Virus record (IMG/VR): IMGVR_UViG_3300024275_000007
DNA from: a virus
Length of the DNA: 64,000 bases
Strand: one strand, 5' to 3'
The notes under the pieces are model-generated. The model did not search any database and was not told where the DNA came from. It was given only the letters and a program-made list of their open reading frames with translations. Each line of letters opens with the position of its first letter. The stretch's first letter is position 1. Made by a program: the position numbers and the translations under genes. Positions 26,339 through 35,520 of this stretch are shown here, piece by piece.

Positions 26339-26676
26339 CCTATCCACATTACCCAAACATTACTAGAGAGCAGCTCGTCGAGTCTGTTTACCCCATCTGG
26401 CATCATGCTAAGTTTAGCCTCGATAACCCCAATAGCGGCATTATCTCCGCTAGTACCTACAACATCCGTAGGCTCATGGAGAGATTCTTTGAGGATCCCG
26501 GTTGGGTCAAATATGTAGCTACTGATGATCAAGTACGTGCTGTTATATCCGGCGGTAAGAAGATCTTGGGCTTTGACGTTGTTATCAGCGACCAGCAGCT
26601 ATCTGTTATGTGGAAGTCCAGTAACCCAGAGATTCCTTGTACGTTCTTTACTTTTGGAGTGGGAGAAGAGATATGA
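26335..26676 (+). CDS. hypothetical protein
   Basis: GGAG RBS, ATGA overlap. Confidence 0.75.
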   Translation: MTYPHYPNITREQLVESVYPIWHHAKFSLDNPNSGIISASTYNIRRLMERFFEDPGWVKYVATDDQVRAVISGGKKILGFDVVISDQQLSVMWKSSNPEIPCTFFTFGVGEEI

Positions 26677-26894
26677 ATTACGTTTCAGAACAACAGATAA
26701 TTGAGTGCATGAGGGATGTAGATAAACTCAAGAAGATCGTAGCTGAACACCAGAGGATCATCGATTCGCAATGGACTGCTCTACAGCAGGCCGGTATGCG
26801 CACCACGGTCTTTGGCCCCGGTGATGACGACTATGGCCGTGGGAGTGCGGAACGGCATGCATTTAAGTGCTTAGGTGAACCGTGGAGGAAATAA
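26673..26894 (+). CDS. hypothetical protein
   Basis: ATGA-coupled start MNYVSEQ. Confidence 0.7.
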   Translation: MNYVSEQQIIECMRDVDKLKKIVAEHQRIIDSQWTALQQAGMRTTVFGPGDDDYGRGSAERHAFKCLGEPWRK

Positions 26895-27519
26895 CCAATG
26901 GAGAGCTACTAGCGAAATGAGCCCATTATCGGGTGTTCTTGAGCTATTTGACTTAGTCTTTCCCCGTGTTAAGAAGCTCGTTATGACGACGTCCATTGAT
27001 ACCTATTGTGGCATTGACTTTCACCCCTTTAATCCAGTACCAAGCATGGTGGTCATCGAAGACATCGCCCATGCCCTTTCCAATCTGTGTCGCTTCAGTG
27101 GCCATTGCCGGGAGTTTTATTCTGTAGCTCAGCACTCCGTATTGGTGTCTAGTATTCTGCCTCAAGAGCACAAGATGCCTGGGCTACTGCATGATGGCAG
27201 CGAGGCGTACCTCCAAGACATCTGTAGCCCTATTAAGAAGTCACCCGAGTTCAAAATGTATCGGGAACTAGAGGCCAATGTTGAGGCTGTCATAGCCCAG
27301 AAGTTTGGTTATCAGTTTCCGCTACATCCCAGTGTTAAAGAGGCCGACTTAATCCTATTGGCTACTGAAATGCGCGATCTGATGCCGTATCCATTAGCCA
27401 AGCCAGCACCACCTCTTAAAGAGATCATTATTCCCATGAGCCCCAAAGAAGCTAAGGCAGCTTTCTTACAGGCTTACTATGATATTCGTCACAAAGAGAA
27501 TGAGGACTTCAGGGGATGA
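26875..27519 (+). CDS. HD-domain phosphohydrolase (YfbR/5'-deoxynucleotidase-like); true start probably ATG 26983
   Basis: IEDIAHALS..CRFSGH..FYSVAQHS, LLHDGSEAYLQD, VKEADL..LATE.RDL. Confidence 0.9.
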   Translation: MNRGGNNQWRATSEMSPLSGVLELFDLVFPRVKKLVMTTSIDTYCGIDFHPFNPVPSMVVIEDIAHALSNLCRFSGHCREFYSVAQHSVLVSSILPQEHKMPGLLHDGSEAYLQDICSPIKKSPEFKMYRELEANVEAVIAQKFGYQFPLHPSVKEADLILLATEMRDLMPYPLAKPAPPLKEIIIPMSPKEAKAAFLQAYYDIRHKENEDFRG

Positions 27520-27803
27520 ACGTATTTCCCATTAGTATTCCCGTTCTACGGACCTATCAAGACTTCCACAGGGCCTGTGAGGAGCATGGACTTAGCTACG
27601 CCAAAAACAGCCTGAGGACCTGGGTCGAATGTGGGCAACCAGATACCTGGGGGTTTGGTCTCAGCTGGAGAGCCCTCTGTGCTGTTGCATCCTTAGGTGT
27701 TGAAGGAAAGCCAATTAGTGACTTTACCGGGTGCTATCTCGATACGAAGTACGGCAGTGAGCTGTATTGGTTCATGGCAGAAGGACCCGGAGATAATGTC
27801 TAA
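27516..27803 (+). CDS. hypothetical protein
   Basis: ATGA overlap. Confidence 0.7.
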   Translation: MNVFPISIPVLRTYQDFHRACEEHGLSYAKNSLRTWVECGQPDTWGFGLSWRALCAVASLGVEGKPISDFTGCYLDTKYGSELYWFMAEGPGDNV

Positions 27804-27963
27804 AGAAGAATGTGCTATCAAGCAAGAGGTAGGCCTAGATCGCTGGTCAGGGAGGCACCCCATTATGAGACGGCGTTCTAAGTCCTGGGTGAAACGATAT
27901 ACCAGGCGCATCATACGCCGCCTATCGCGACTCTGTTTAACTAAGGAACAAGATGCTTCCTAA
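27796..27963 (+). CDS. Arg-rich basic mini-protein
   Basis: GGAG RBS; 16 R/K in 55 aa. Confidence 0.65.
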   Translation: MSKEECAIKQEVGLDRWSGRHPIMRRRSKSWVKRYTRRIIRRLSRLCLTKEQDAS

Positions 27964-28007
27964 GAAATCGCTTGCTGATACCCAAAGTTCTAGTAGAAAG
28001 GCGCACT

Positions 28008-28445
28008 ATGCAGTGGATCGCTGATAAGCCATGTATCGCCCATCTCAGAGATGGCTCATGGGCTAAGATCGATCTGTTCTACCCAGAATCAGAGCGGCCA
28101 TTGTTGGGGCTTATCCTCAAGGGCTGCCCATCGGAGAAAGACGGCTATCGGTTCCACTTAGCTGATAATCCGTATTACTCCTGGCTCCCTGATGGTCGTG
28201 TCGTCAGCTGTAATGAGCATCACTACGACATCATGGAGACCAGCGCTCTGCCCTGTGAGTACGTAGCTGATGCCATGGAAGCGCTAAGACTTCAGAACAG
28301 GATACTGACTAAGAAAGAAGCTGTAACTCGTGCTTATTGCGTGGAGTTACGTGGAGCTATAACTAATCTAATGAGACAAGATATTAAGTATCTAGAGCCA
28401 GAAGAAATACAGGCATACGAGAAGCTACGAGACAGGCCACTATGA
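28008..28445 (+). CDS. hypothetical protein
   Basis: AAGG RBS before ATG 28008 (track start 27972). Confidence 0.7.
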   Translation: MQWIADKPCIAHLRDGSWAKIDLFYPESERPLLGLILKGCPSEKDGYRFHLADNPYYSWLPDGRVVSCNEHHYDIMETSALPCEYVADAMEALRLQNRILTKKEAVTRAYCVELRGAITNLMRQDIKYLEPEEIQAYEKLRDRPL

Positions 28446-28672
28446 AACCCGAAGCCGAACCCATTGACGAAGATGAAGACCTCACACTAGGCGACATACT
28501 GGACAAGGAAGTCGTTGAGCCCGGCATCAAGTGGGTGCTCTATACCTACTTAGATGGGAACAGAGAGATCAAGCCGTTAAAGGGCCGTCTGGAGCACTTG
28601 CAAGTTAAGAAAGCTGTGATATACGACCGTCATAGTGAGGCATCCCGTGATCTTAAGAAGAGTGTAAAGTGA
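28442..28672 (+). CDS. hypothetical protein
   Basis: ATGA overlap. Confidence 0.7.
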   Translation: MKPEAEPIDEDEDLTLGDILDKEVVEPGIKWVLYTYLDGNREIKPLKGRLEHLQVKKAVIYDRHSEASRDLKKSVK

Positions 28673-29418
28673 AGACGTGTAATAAGTGTGAGTTAGAAAA
28701 AGGCGATGAGTGCTTCGGCGTTGACCGTCGCAATACAGATGGTCTTAGCTATACTTGTAAGGCGTGCGTTACAGAACGTAGGCATAAAGACAAGGAGAGG
28801 TTTAAAAAGAACCGGAGACGTACTTATCTTAATAACAAGCAAATAGTAAGTGAAAGACAGAAGAAGTTCCGTTTAGAACATCCGGATTTAGTTTCAGATT
28901 GGGCTAAGAAGTCTTACATGAAGAACAGAGAGAAAAGGCTAGCGCGTCAGAAGAAATATGCGTCGCTAAACAGAAACAGAATAAATAAGAACTGTAATCG
29001 GCGTAGAACGGAAAATAGAGAGGAGTATTTGCGGCGTATACGCGAGAATTGCAGTGGCGGCAAGCCAGCGCATCTTCGTTCTATTCTTCGCTCAAGATTC
29101 TATAGAGCGGTACGGCGCGGTTTTAAAAGAGGTTCAGCAGTCAGAGATCTAGGCTGTACAATTCCAGAGTTTAAAGCCTATATAGAGAAGCAGTTCAAGG
29201 ACGGCATGAGCTGGGATAACTATGGCAAAGAAGGTTGGCATTTGGATCATATTCGCCCATTAGCCTCCTTCGACTTGACTAACAGAGAAGACGTTGTACA
29301 AGCCTTACATTACACGAACTACCAACCACTAAGTGCCTCTGATAACCTTAAGAAGAACAGTCGGTGGAACGGTGTTTTAGTAAGAAATAACGCCACAGCG
29401 CTGGCTTTAAGCGCATAA
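28669..29418 (+). CDS. HNH homing-type endonuclease with N-terminal Zn finger
   Basis: CNKC...CKAC; LGCTIPEFKAYIEKQF, WHLDHIRPL, HYTNYQPL...NL.K. Confidence 0.88.
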   Translation: MKTCNKCELEKGDECFGVDRRNTDGLSYTCKACVTERRHKDKERFKKNRRRTYLNNKQIVSERQKKFRLEHPDLVSDWAKKSYMKNREKRLARQKKYASLNRNRINKNCNRRRTENREEYLRRIRENCSGGKPAHLRSILRSRFYRAVRRGFKRGSAVRDLGCTIPEFKAYIEKQFKDGMSWDNYGKEGWHLDHIRPLASFDLTNREDVVQALHYTNYQPLSASDNLKKNSRWNGVLVRNNATALALSA

Positions 29419-29431
29419 AGAAAGGGTCAAA

Positions 29432-29824
29432 ATGAGATTCGATGAGGTTAGTGGGTACATCAGAGAAGCTAGTGCTACACTATCAGATATTCAGTATCAC
29501 TTAGGCCGTGCGTATCCACGTAATATGCAGCACCCGGATGTAGAGAGACGTGGCGCACTAGCACTTGATGATAGTAGTTTAGTTGCGCTTCTCTTTATTC
29601 TACGTACGGTTAGAAAGGCTATTTACGATGTTGCTAATGAGCCATACCCAACTGAACCTGGCGTAGTAACTCTAAGTGATAGAGTAGTACCAAGCGTGCC
29701 TGTGGAGAGTGTGCGTCGGGATGACTACACCCATCAGATACCGTCAGTAGCAGTTGTTAACGGGGAAGTACAGTACCCTGTTGGCGTAGCAGTAAAAGAA
29801 CTACCAAAGAATAAGGAAATCTAA
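29432..29824 (+). CDS. hypothetical protein
   Basis: AAGGG RBS, 130 aa. Confidence 0.7.
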   Translation: MRFDEVSGYIREASATLSDIQYHLGRAYPRNMQHPDVERRGALALDDSSLVALLFILRTVRKAIYDVANEPYPTEPGVVTLSDRVVPSVPVESVRRDDYTHQIPSVAVVNGEVQYPVGVAVKELPKNKEI

Positions 29825-29825
29825 C

Positions 29826-30443
29826 ATGTGGGATGCATATCTTAAACTGATGCCGAAAGCCATTCTGAGGACTATCGACGCCTATGGTGCTGAGTCTCTC
29901 TTTGACGGCCCCGCGGTCTATAATCCCCGTTCGATGCGGTGGCAGCCCGGTCGTGACGGTGTTACTCAAGTAGCTCTTGGGCTCACCAGTGCTAAGCCCG
30001 ATGGTAAGGACTTCAACTATGCCACAGCTTATTGGATCCGTCCCGATATCGATCTTGGGTTCGTTAATGACATTCAAGACACGATGAAGCAGTACAACGA
30101 TATCATGAACATCCCCCAGGGTATCACTTCAGATGGCGGCACTACTGTAGCACCGACCCCGATGCTGAAGCACAACAAAGTACCGGGTCAGCCTGACACC
30201 TTTGACCCCACTGGTGTTGTCCCAGGACGCCCTGATGTCGTTGAGCACTTCAAGGAGCCCAAGCATATCCCATTTGAGCCACCGACAGCTGCACGGGGCC
30301 AGCAGCCTGTAGCGCTCCATCAGCCAGCTCCTATTGGGGCTAATCAAGATGCGGCTCGCGCTGCGCTGAAGACTGAAGCAGACGCCCTACGGGCACAGGC
30401 TCAGAAGCTCTTAGAAGCCGCAGCTAAGATGGATAAGACGTGA
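29826..30443 (+). CDS. hypothetical protein
   Basis: AAGGA RBS; Pro-rich linker and Ala-rich helical tail. Confidence 0.8.
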   Translation: MWDAYLKLMPKAILRTIDAYGAESLFDGPAVYNPRSMRWQPGRDGVTQVALGLTSAKPDGKDFNYATAYWIRPDIDLGFVNDIQDTMKQYNDIMNIPQGITSDGGTTVAPTPMLKHNKVPGQPDTFDPTGVVPGRPDVVEHFKEPKHIPFEPPTAARGQQPVALHQPAPIGANQDAARAALKTEADALRAQAQKLLEAAAKMDKT

Positions 30444-30787
30444 AAGTCGAGATCAACGAAGCCGGTACGCGGTACACACTCCTAGAGAGTGAATGGTATC
30501 CAGCGTATGGCATTACGGTGCCAGCTGGGTACACCACAGACTTCGCTAGTACTCCTAAGTTCATTTGGAGTCTATACCCGCCAACTGGCTGGTATGAGCG
30601 CGCAGCACTGCTCCATGATTACCTCTACGACAGGCATCACAGTTATCAAGATCTCTGTGATCGCAAGGAAGCCGATAGACGTCTCCGTGAGCAGATGAAG
30701 TTCGATGGCGTAGGCTTTAGAACTCGCTGGACCTTCTGGTTTTTTGTCAGACTGTTCGGTGGATATGTCTGGAATAAGAACGAATGA
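30440..30787 (+). CDS. DUF1353 family protein
   Basis: VPAGYTTDFASTP, AALLHDYLY, R.EAD..L. Confidence 0.88.
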   Translation: MKVEINEAGTRYTLLESEWYPAYGITVPAGYTTDFASTPKFIWSLYPPTGWYERAALLHDYLYDRHHSYQDLCDRKEADRRLREQMKFDGVGFRTRWTFWFFVRLFGGYVWNKNE

Positions 30788-31005
30788 TTTACAGCATGAT
30801 ATTCGGTATCGTTTGTGTGACCCTACTACTGTGTATAGGTATACTAGGCATGTTTTCAGATCGCAAAACGTGGAACAACGGGATATGCAAGAAGAACGGC
30901 TTGCCATGGATTCTCCGAGATGTCGGGATGGCTGGCGATAGGCTCTATCGTGCCGGTGACGAGACCTGTTGGATCAGCTCACCCTTTGTCGGTAATAACA
31001 AATGA
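30784..31005 (+). CDS. single-TM small protein
   Basis: Hydrophobic N-terminus; WNNGIC..NG.PW. Confidence 0.7.
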   Translation: MIYSMIFGIVCVTLLLCIGILGMFSDRKTWNNGICKKNGLPWILRDVGMAGDRLYRAGDETCWISSPFVGNNK

Positions 31006-31139
31006 CTACTCCCGAACTTGTCAGTGTCGTAAGCAGCGTAACTTCTGTACTGCTCAATCTTGTCCTGTTGTGGCAGCTCCGGCTGTACATCGGCAAAGAG
31101 CTGTCTAAGGGGGCTAAGAAGGTCGAGGAGAAGCTCTGA
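31002..31139 (+). CDS. single-TM mini-protein (45 aa, not in track)
   Basis: ATGA and TGATG overlaps; LVSVVSSVTSVLLNLVLLW. Confidence 0.6.
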   Translation: MTTPELVSVVSSVTSVLLNLVLLWQLRLYIGKELSKGAKKVEEKL

Positions 31140-31339
31140 TGGACAAAGAAGTCAAGGATCGTCTAGCTAATATGACCGCTACTGAGCTACACGATAAGAT
31201 CGCTGATATGTTGATCCTCTTCGCTAATGTCAGATCATCGCAATCAGCGAGTAAATGGGGCCGTCAAGGTGCCCTTCCTACGGCCAAGGAAATCGCCTTG
31301 CTAGTTGGATGCTGGATCCATGCAAAGGACAAAGAATGA
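31139..31339 (+). CDS. hypothetical protein
   Basis: GAGGAG RBS. Confidence 0.7.
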   Translation: MDKEVKDRLANMTATELHDKIADMLILFANVRSSQSASKWGRQGALPTAKEIALLVGCWIHAKDKE

Positions 31340-31440
31340 CACTATCTATCATTGCTATAATCATAAGTCTTATAGCGATTGCAAACACGTTTTGGACTGT
31401 ACGAAAAGCACGTCAAGATCGCCGGGATGCTACTAAATGA
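31336..31440 (+). CDS. single-TM mini-protein (34 aa)
   Basis: MTLSIIAIIISLIAIANTFW followed by a basic tail; ATGA overlaps. Confidence 0.6.
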   Translation: MTLSIIAIIISLIAIANTFWTVRKARQDRRDATK

Positions 31441-31733
31441 GCCTCCACGTTGTTAAGTCTGAGTACAACGGTCATCAGGAGTATCACCTCAGATATCCCG
31501 GCATGACTAAAGAGGCTGCTCAACGCTTAGCCGACAGGATCAATGGCGGCGCCCTAGAGCTGGCTGACGACATCCTACGGAGCCAGAAGCACCACGGTGA
31601 GCTATGTTACAAGATCTTCGAAGCAGCTCTCAAGAAGAAGCTGGTCTACAACATCGGTGCCTGCGGTAATGGTGGCATCCCAGCCTTTGATGCTATCGTA
31701 GCCAAGTGCCTTGAAGCTATTGAAGCACTATGA
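31437..31733 (+). CDS. hypothetical protein
   Basis: ATGA overlap. Confidence 0.7.
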   Translation: MSLHVVKSEYNGHQEYHLRYPGMTKEAAQRLADRINGGALELADDILRSQKHHGELCYKIFEAALKKKLVYNIGACGNGGIPAFDAIVAKCLEAIEAL

Positions 31734-31888
31734 GTGATACAACAGCACAGACCCCTGATCCCAGGTATACGGTGTATCTCCAGCTCCACAAAGAGGGTGA
31801 CGCCTATGTCACCAGGATCTCAGCTAAAGACCTGGAGGAGAAGCTGTTGCGCCGCGAGATCCAGAGGATGCTGGACAACCTTAGATGA
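31730..31888 (+). CDS. hypothetical protein (52 aa, not in track)
   Basis: ATGA overlaps at both ends. Confidence 0.6.
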   Translation: MSDTTAQTPDPRYTVYLQLHKEGDAYVTRISAKDLEEKLLRREIQRMLDNLR

Positions 31889-32148
31889 GCACCATACACC
31901 TTAAGCCCAACGGCGAATTCTGCGGTGGTACTCTACTACAGCGTAAGCCCAAGGAACAGTCTAGGACAATGGTAGCTGTGTTCGTCAATGGCCAAGAGGT
32001 CAAGCAAATCATTCCTATTTATGCTAGATGCATTGTCTGTGGTACTGAAGTACTGATGAACCCCGTTAGACCAGATGTACAGATAGACGTCCCCTACGAG
32101 ATAATCCGTGAGACGATTCCGAACGACACGCCCCTGCTTTCCAACTGA
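31885..32148 (+). CDS. hypothetical Zn-binding protein
   Basis: H...C and CIVC motifs. Confidence 0.65.
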   Translation: MSTIHLKPNGEFCGGTLLQRKPKEQSRTMVAVFVNGQEVKQIIPIYARCIVCGTEVLMNPVRPDVQIDVPYEIIRETIPNDTPLLSN

Positions 32149-32854
32149 AGCCGCTATGGGTGAAGTGGTGTTGCCGCTCCTCCATGAGTGCGGCTTCACT
32201 CACCTGTATCCAGAACTCCAGGGCACCGATTTAGTGGGCGTCAGGGACATAGACGACATGGTGATCGCCTTCGAGCTGAAGCTCAAGATGAACACCAAAG
32301 TGATCTGCCAAGCTGAGCGTCACAAGAGATACGCCAATGGGGTAGCTGTCATAATCAATCAGTGCAATACCCCGGAACAGTATTGGCTCCGCAATATCTG
32401 CAAGGAACACGGTGTCGGGGTCTACGTAGTAGAACGTTCGTACACGAACCCCGATGGTACCCCTCAGACCTTTGACGGTCCGGTATCGTATCAGATCACT
32501 GAGTGCGAAGCCCCAGTGATGCACCATGCTAAGACCGATTGGTATACCAAGCACATGTCAGCCAGAGCTGAGACTCATACGACGCCAGGCCACAAGGGGC
32601 CGACGAGCGTAACTCCATTTAGAGCAACTGCTTATCGCTTAATAGACTATGTAGTGGCTCATCCGGGTTGCACCGTCAAAGAAGCCGTAGCAGCTATTCC
32701 CCATCACTATGCCTCTCCATATACTGCTCAGTACCGATTAAAGGCCATTACGCTATCCGGAGGCATCCCTGGACTTAGCGTAGGATATGATAACGTTCTC
32801 AGTTATGAAGAACCCCGTAAAGGAACCAATGAAGCCGTCCAAGTTGTCCCGTGA
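32108..32854 (+). CDS. PD-(D/E)XK-fold protein, DUF2161-like, with C-terminal winged helix
   Basis: E...DLVG...AFELK...QA core; VTPFRATA..L...HPG. Confidence 0.7.
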   Translation: MRRFRTTRPCFPTEAAMGEVVLPLLHECGFTHLYPELQGTDLVGVRDIDDMVIAFELKLKMNTKVICQAERHKRYANGVAVIINQCNTPEQYWLRNICKEHGVGVYVVERSYTNPDGTPQTFDGPVSYQITECEAPVMHHAKTDWYTKHMSARAETHTTPGHKGPTSVTPFRATAYRLIDYVVAHPGCTVKEAVAAIPHHYASPYTAQYRLKAITLSGGIPGLSVGYDNVLSYEEPRKGTNEAVQVVP

Positions 32855-33020
32855 ACTCCGTCAGTACCTCGAAGCCGAAAAGGCTTTAGAGAAGATCAGG
32901 GACCGAGAAGAGCATGACTCACTTGATGAGTACAACCAATGTAAGTACGTCGACGCCCTATATGAGCGTCTCAGTGAAGCCGATAAGAAGGCGCTGGACA
33001 GTGGTGCCAATGAAGTTTGA
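32829..33020 (+). CDS. hypothetical protein
   Basis: AAGGA RBS before ATG 32829. Confidence 0.65.
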   Translation: MKPSKLSRELRQYLEAEKALEKIRDREEHDSLDEYNQCKYVDALYERLSEADKKALDSGANEV

Positions 33021-33111
33021 GACTGTATTCAATACCGCAGCTGTAATGGCCTGTTTGGGGATCATAGCGTACATGATCTATTGGGGATGGCAGATCTACT
33101 GCCGTATGTAG
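33010..33111 (+). CDS. single-TM mini-protein (33 aa)
   Basis: AAVMACLGIIAYMIYWGW. Confidence 0.55.
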   Translation: MKFETVFNTAAVMACLGIIAYMIYWGWQIYCRM

Positions 33112-33115
33112 AAGC

Positions 33116-33144
33116 TTGACAACTCTTAGTAGAGTCAGTATAAG
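33116..33144 (+). promoter_or_regulatory. sigma70-type promoter, probably giving a leaderless transcript
   Basis: TTGACA-N17-TATAAG; the 7th nt downstream is the A of ATG 33151; no SD present. Confidence 0.7.
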
Positions 33145-33150
33145 TGCCGC

Positions 33151-33912
33151 ATGAAGACATGCAGTAGATGTAAGATAAGCAAGGATGAGAGCGAGTTTCG
33201 TAAGGCTTCCTCATCTAAAGATGGATTGGCCTCACATTGTAAGGTTTGTGCATGTGCGTATGATCGCGAGTACCACATGAAGAACTTAGAGAAAATAAAA
33301 ATTGAAAGAAAAGAATTTAGAATAGCCAACAAGGAGAGAATTTCAATTAAAAGAAAGGAACACCGTTTAGCAAATAGGGAAAGATTAAACGCACAGCGGA
33401 TGGCCTTTTACTATCGGAATAAGGATAAAGTAAAAGCTCAGAAACAGCGGTATAGTGCAGCAAATGCAGCAGCTATTAGTGTAAAGAATAAAGAATGGCG
33501 AAATAAGAATCGGGAAGAGTTGAGACAGAAGCAATTAGAAAAACGCAGAAATGATCCTATAGTTCGACTTAGGCATAACTTACGTAATAGACTTAGATCA
33601 GCAGTCCGAGGCAACTACAAGTCTGGATCGGCCGTCCAAGACCTCGGCTGCTCAATAGAGGAGTTTAAAGCTCATATAGAAAAGCAGTTCGTCGAGGGGA
33701 TGCACTGGGGCAACTATGGCATCGGTGATGGTAAGTGGGTTTTGGATCATATTATCCCATTGGCAGCATTCGACTTACCGCAACGCGAACAATTCTTAAA
33801 AGCAATGCATTACACCAACTATCAACCGCTCTGGTGGCGGCACAACTTGATGAAGGCTGATAAAGTTAATGGAGTTAGGTGCAAAGCCGCAATCGATTGT
33901 GCTGTAGCCTAA
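33151..33912 (+). CDS. HNH homing-type endonuclease with N-terminal Zn finger
   Basis: CSRC...CKVC; LGCSIEEFKAHIEKQF, LDHIIPL, HYTNYQPL...NL.K; paralog of 28669..29418. Confidence 0.88.
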   Translation: MKTCSRCKISKDESEFRKASSSKDGLASHCKVCACAYDREYHMKNLEKIKIERKEFRIANKERISIKRKEHRLANRERLNAQRMAFYYRNKDKVKAQKQRYSAANAAAISVKNKEWRNKNREELRQKQLEKRRNDPIVRLRHNLRNRLRSAVRGNYKSGSAVQDLGCSIEEFKAHIEKQFVEGMHWGNYGIGDGKWVLDHIIPLAAFDLPQREQFLKAMHYTNYQPLWWRHNLMKADKVNGVRCKAAIDCAVA

Positions 33913-33930
33913 GCCCCGTAAGCTGGAGGC

Positions 33931-34605
33931 ATGCCAGCACCTGTAGTCAATGTAAAATCGAGTGGCGTACAACGCCCCAGTACAGCACCAGCCAATGGGC
34001 CAGCGGATGAGTTCGGTTCCCAAACAACGATCAATCCGGCTGGTATCGTTAGCCAGATTAGAAACAACACCACCATTATCCAGAAGGTACTGGGGGACGG
34101 TAGAGTCACTGTTCCAGTCCTTTCTAGCACCCCTAGTGGTCTAGCCCCGGGTCAGTTGTATCTCCAGGACATAGCCGGTACTGTTTACTTGGTATATGTT
34201 GATAACGCCAGTACCCCGATCCAGGTAACCAATGGATCACCGGCCCCAACGGTCCCAACTGTTTATCCATTAACTATAGCAGTCCCAGAACTACTAGACT
34301 CGCTTCTGGTAGACACGGCTGGTTGCGCTTATTGGTTCGTGTCGGTAAGCGACATAACAACTGGGCGCCGAGCGATCTACCAGATAGCAGTAACAAACAA
34401 CGGAACGACTGGTGCTGATGCGACTTCAACATCTATATGCGTTACTGGTGGGTCATCTATCGGTACTCCAGATGTGGGGTCGCAGATAACGTGGACAACT
34501 ACATTTACCGGGGCTGGTGCATCGCAGTACATGAACTTATTCATCACTTCTAGCGTAGCTGGTCTACAAGCCGCTATCGTCCGTAGTCCTCTTATAAGTA
34601 CCTAA
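33931..34605 (+). CDS. putative virion/tail protein
   Basis: GGAGG RBS; beta-rich; C-terminal module shared with 34607 and 36588. Confidence 0.7.
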   Translation: MPAPVVNVKSSGVQRPSTAPANGPADEFGSQTTINPAGIVSQIRNNTTIIQKVLGDGRVTVPVLSSTPSGLAPGQLYLQDIAGTVYLVYVDNASTPIQVTNGSPAPTVPTVYPLTIAVPELLDSLLVDTAGCAYWFVSVSDITTGRRAIYQIAVTNNGTTGADATSTSICVTGGSSIGTPDVGSQITWTTTFTGAGASQYMNLFITSSVAGLQAAIVRSPLIST

Positions 34606-34606
34606 C

Positions 34607-35488
34607 ATGGACAGCACCCTCAGCTTTAGTATTCGTCTTAAGCTACTAGGATCAAACGCAAACCTCAGTTTCGCGTTCCCTTTAGTCAATAATGACGAAA
34701 GTCCAACCGCATCTACCGCTGCCGGTCGCATGGGGTTCTATGCAGACCGCACTGGTGGCTTAGAAAACATCACAGCTACGATCTTGGGAACAGACGTCCT
34801 ACAAGTGTTTGCAGGCTCTGTTAAAGTTTTAGGAAGCCCGGTCTGGACTGCGGCTACGTTCTCTCCTAGTCTCTACCAATTAATCAGTGCCAAAGGCATT
34901 GCGAATGGCTACGCCGGCTTAGACAGTGGCGGCAAAGTACCCTTGGCACAGTTACCGGCTTCAGTAGCCAATCAGCTGTTCTACGTCAGCGGTTGGAACG
35001 CCAATAGCAACTCCCCAACGATTGTGTCTGGGGCAGGTACACTGGGGCAGGTTTACCAAGTCACTACTGCTGGTGTAACGAACATCGATGGCAATACCGA
35101 GTGGTATCCCGGCGATCTCATCTGGTTCAACGGCTCACAGTGGAAACGTATATTGGGTAACCCGATATTCGTTACGCCACCAGCAGCTGTTACATTGGTC
35201 AGCGCTGTTGCTACGACAGTAGACAGCTTCGGTGATGATAGTGCTGTGATGTACCAATGGGACCTAGTTATCAACAATGGTGCCGGCGCAGTACAGTGCT
35301 ACAAAGTCATGGCAGCCCGTACTGGTGTGTCAACGTTCTCAGTTAACTCAGCAGTAACTGCTGGTAACGCCGCTGGAGACGTGTCAGTCATAGCTGTAGC
35401 ACTGAGTGCTGGTAACATCGTTCTTCAAGTAACCATGGGTACTACGGGCTACTCAGCTACCGTAAGACGCTGGAAGTCGTTAGTTTAA
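34607..35488 (+). CDS. putative tail fibre protein
   Basis: KGIANGYAGLDSGGKVP..QLP and W.ANSNSPT...G..Y.V...G...W..GD..W motifs seen in phage fibres. Confidence 0.75.
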   Translation: MDSTLSFSIRLKLLGSNANLSFAFPLVNNDESPTASTAAGRMGFYADRTGGLENITATILGTDVLQVFAGSVKVLGSPVWTAATFSPSLYQLISAKGIANGYAGLDSGGKVPLAQLPASVANQLFYVSGWNANSNSPTIVSGAGTLGQVYQVTTAGVTNIDGNTEWYPGDLIWFNGSQWKRILGNPIFVTPPAAVTLVSAVATTVDSFGDDSAVMYQWDLVINNGAGAVQCYKVMAARTGVSTFSVNSAVTAGNAAGDVSVIAVALSAGNIVLQVTMGTTGYSATVRRWKSLV

Positions 35489-35520
35489 GCTATAACATCA
35501 ATTAACTTAAGGAATCTCCT

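Noticed and set aside
28442-33931. Group I introns hosting the HNH genes
   Set aside because: The flanking ORFs look complete and unrelated to each other, and there is no non-coding space for an intron core.
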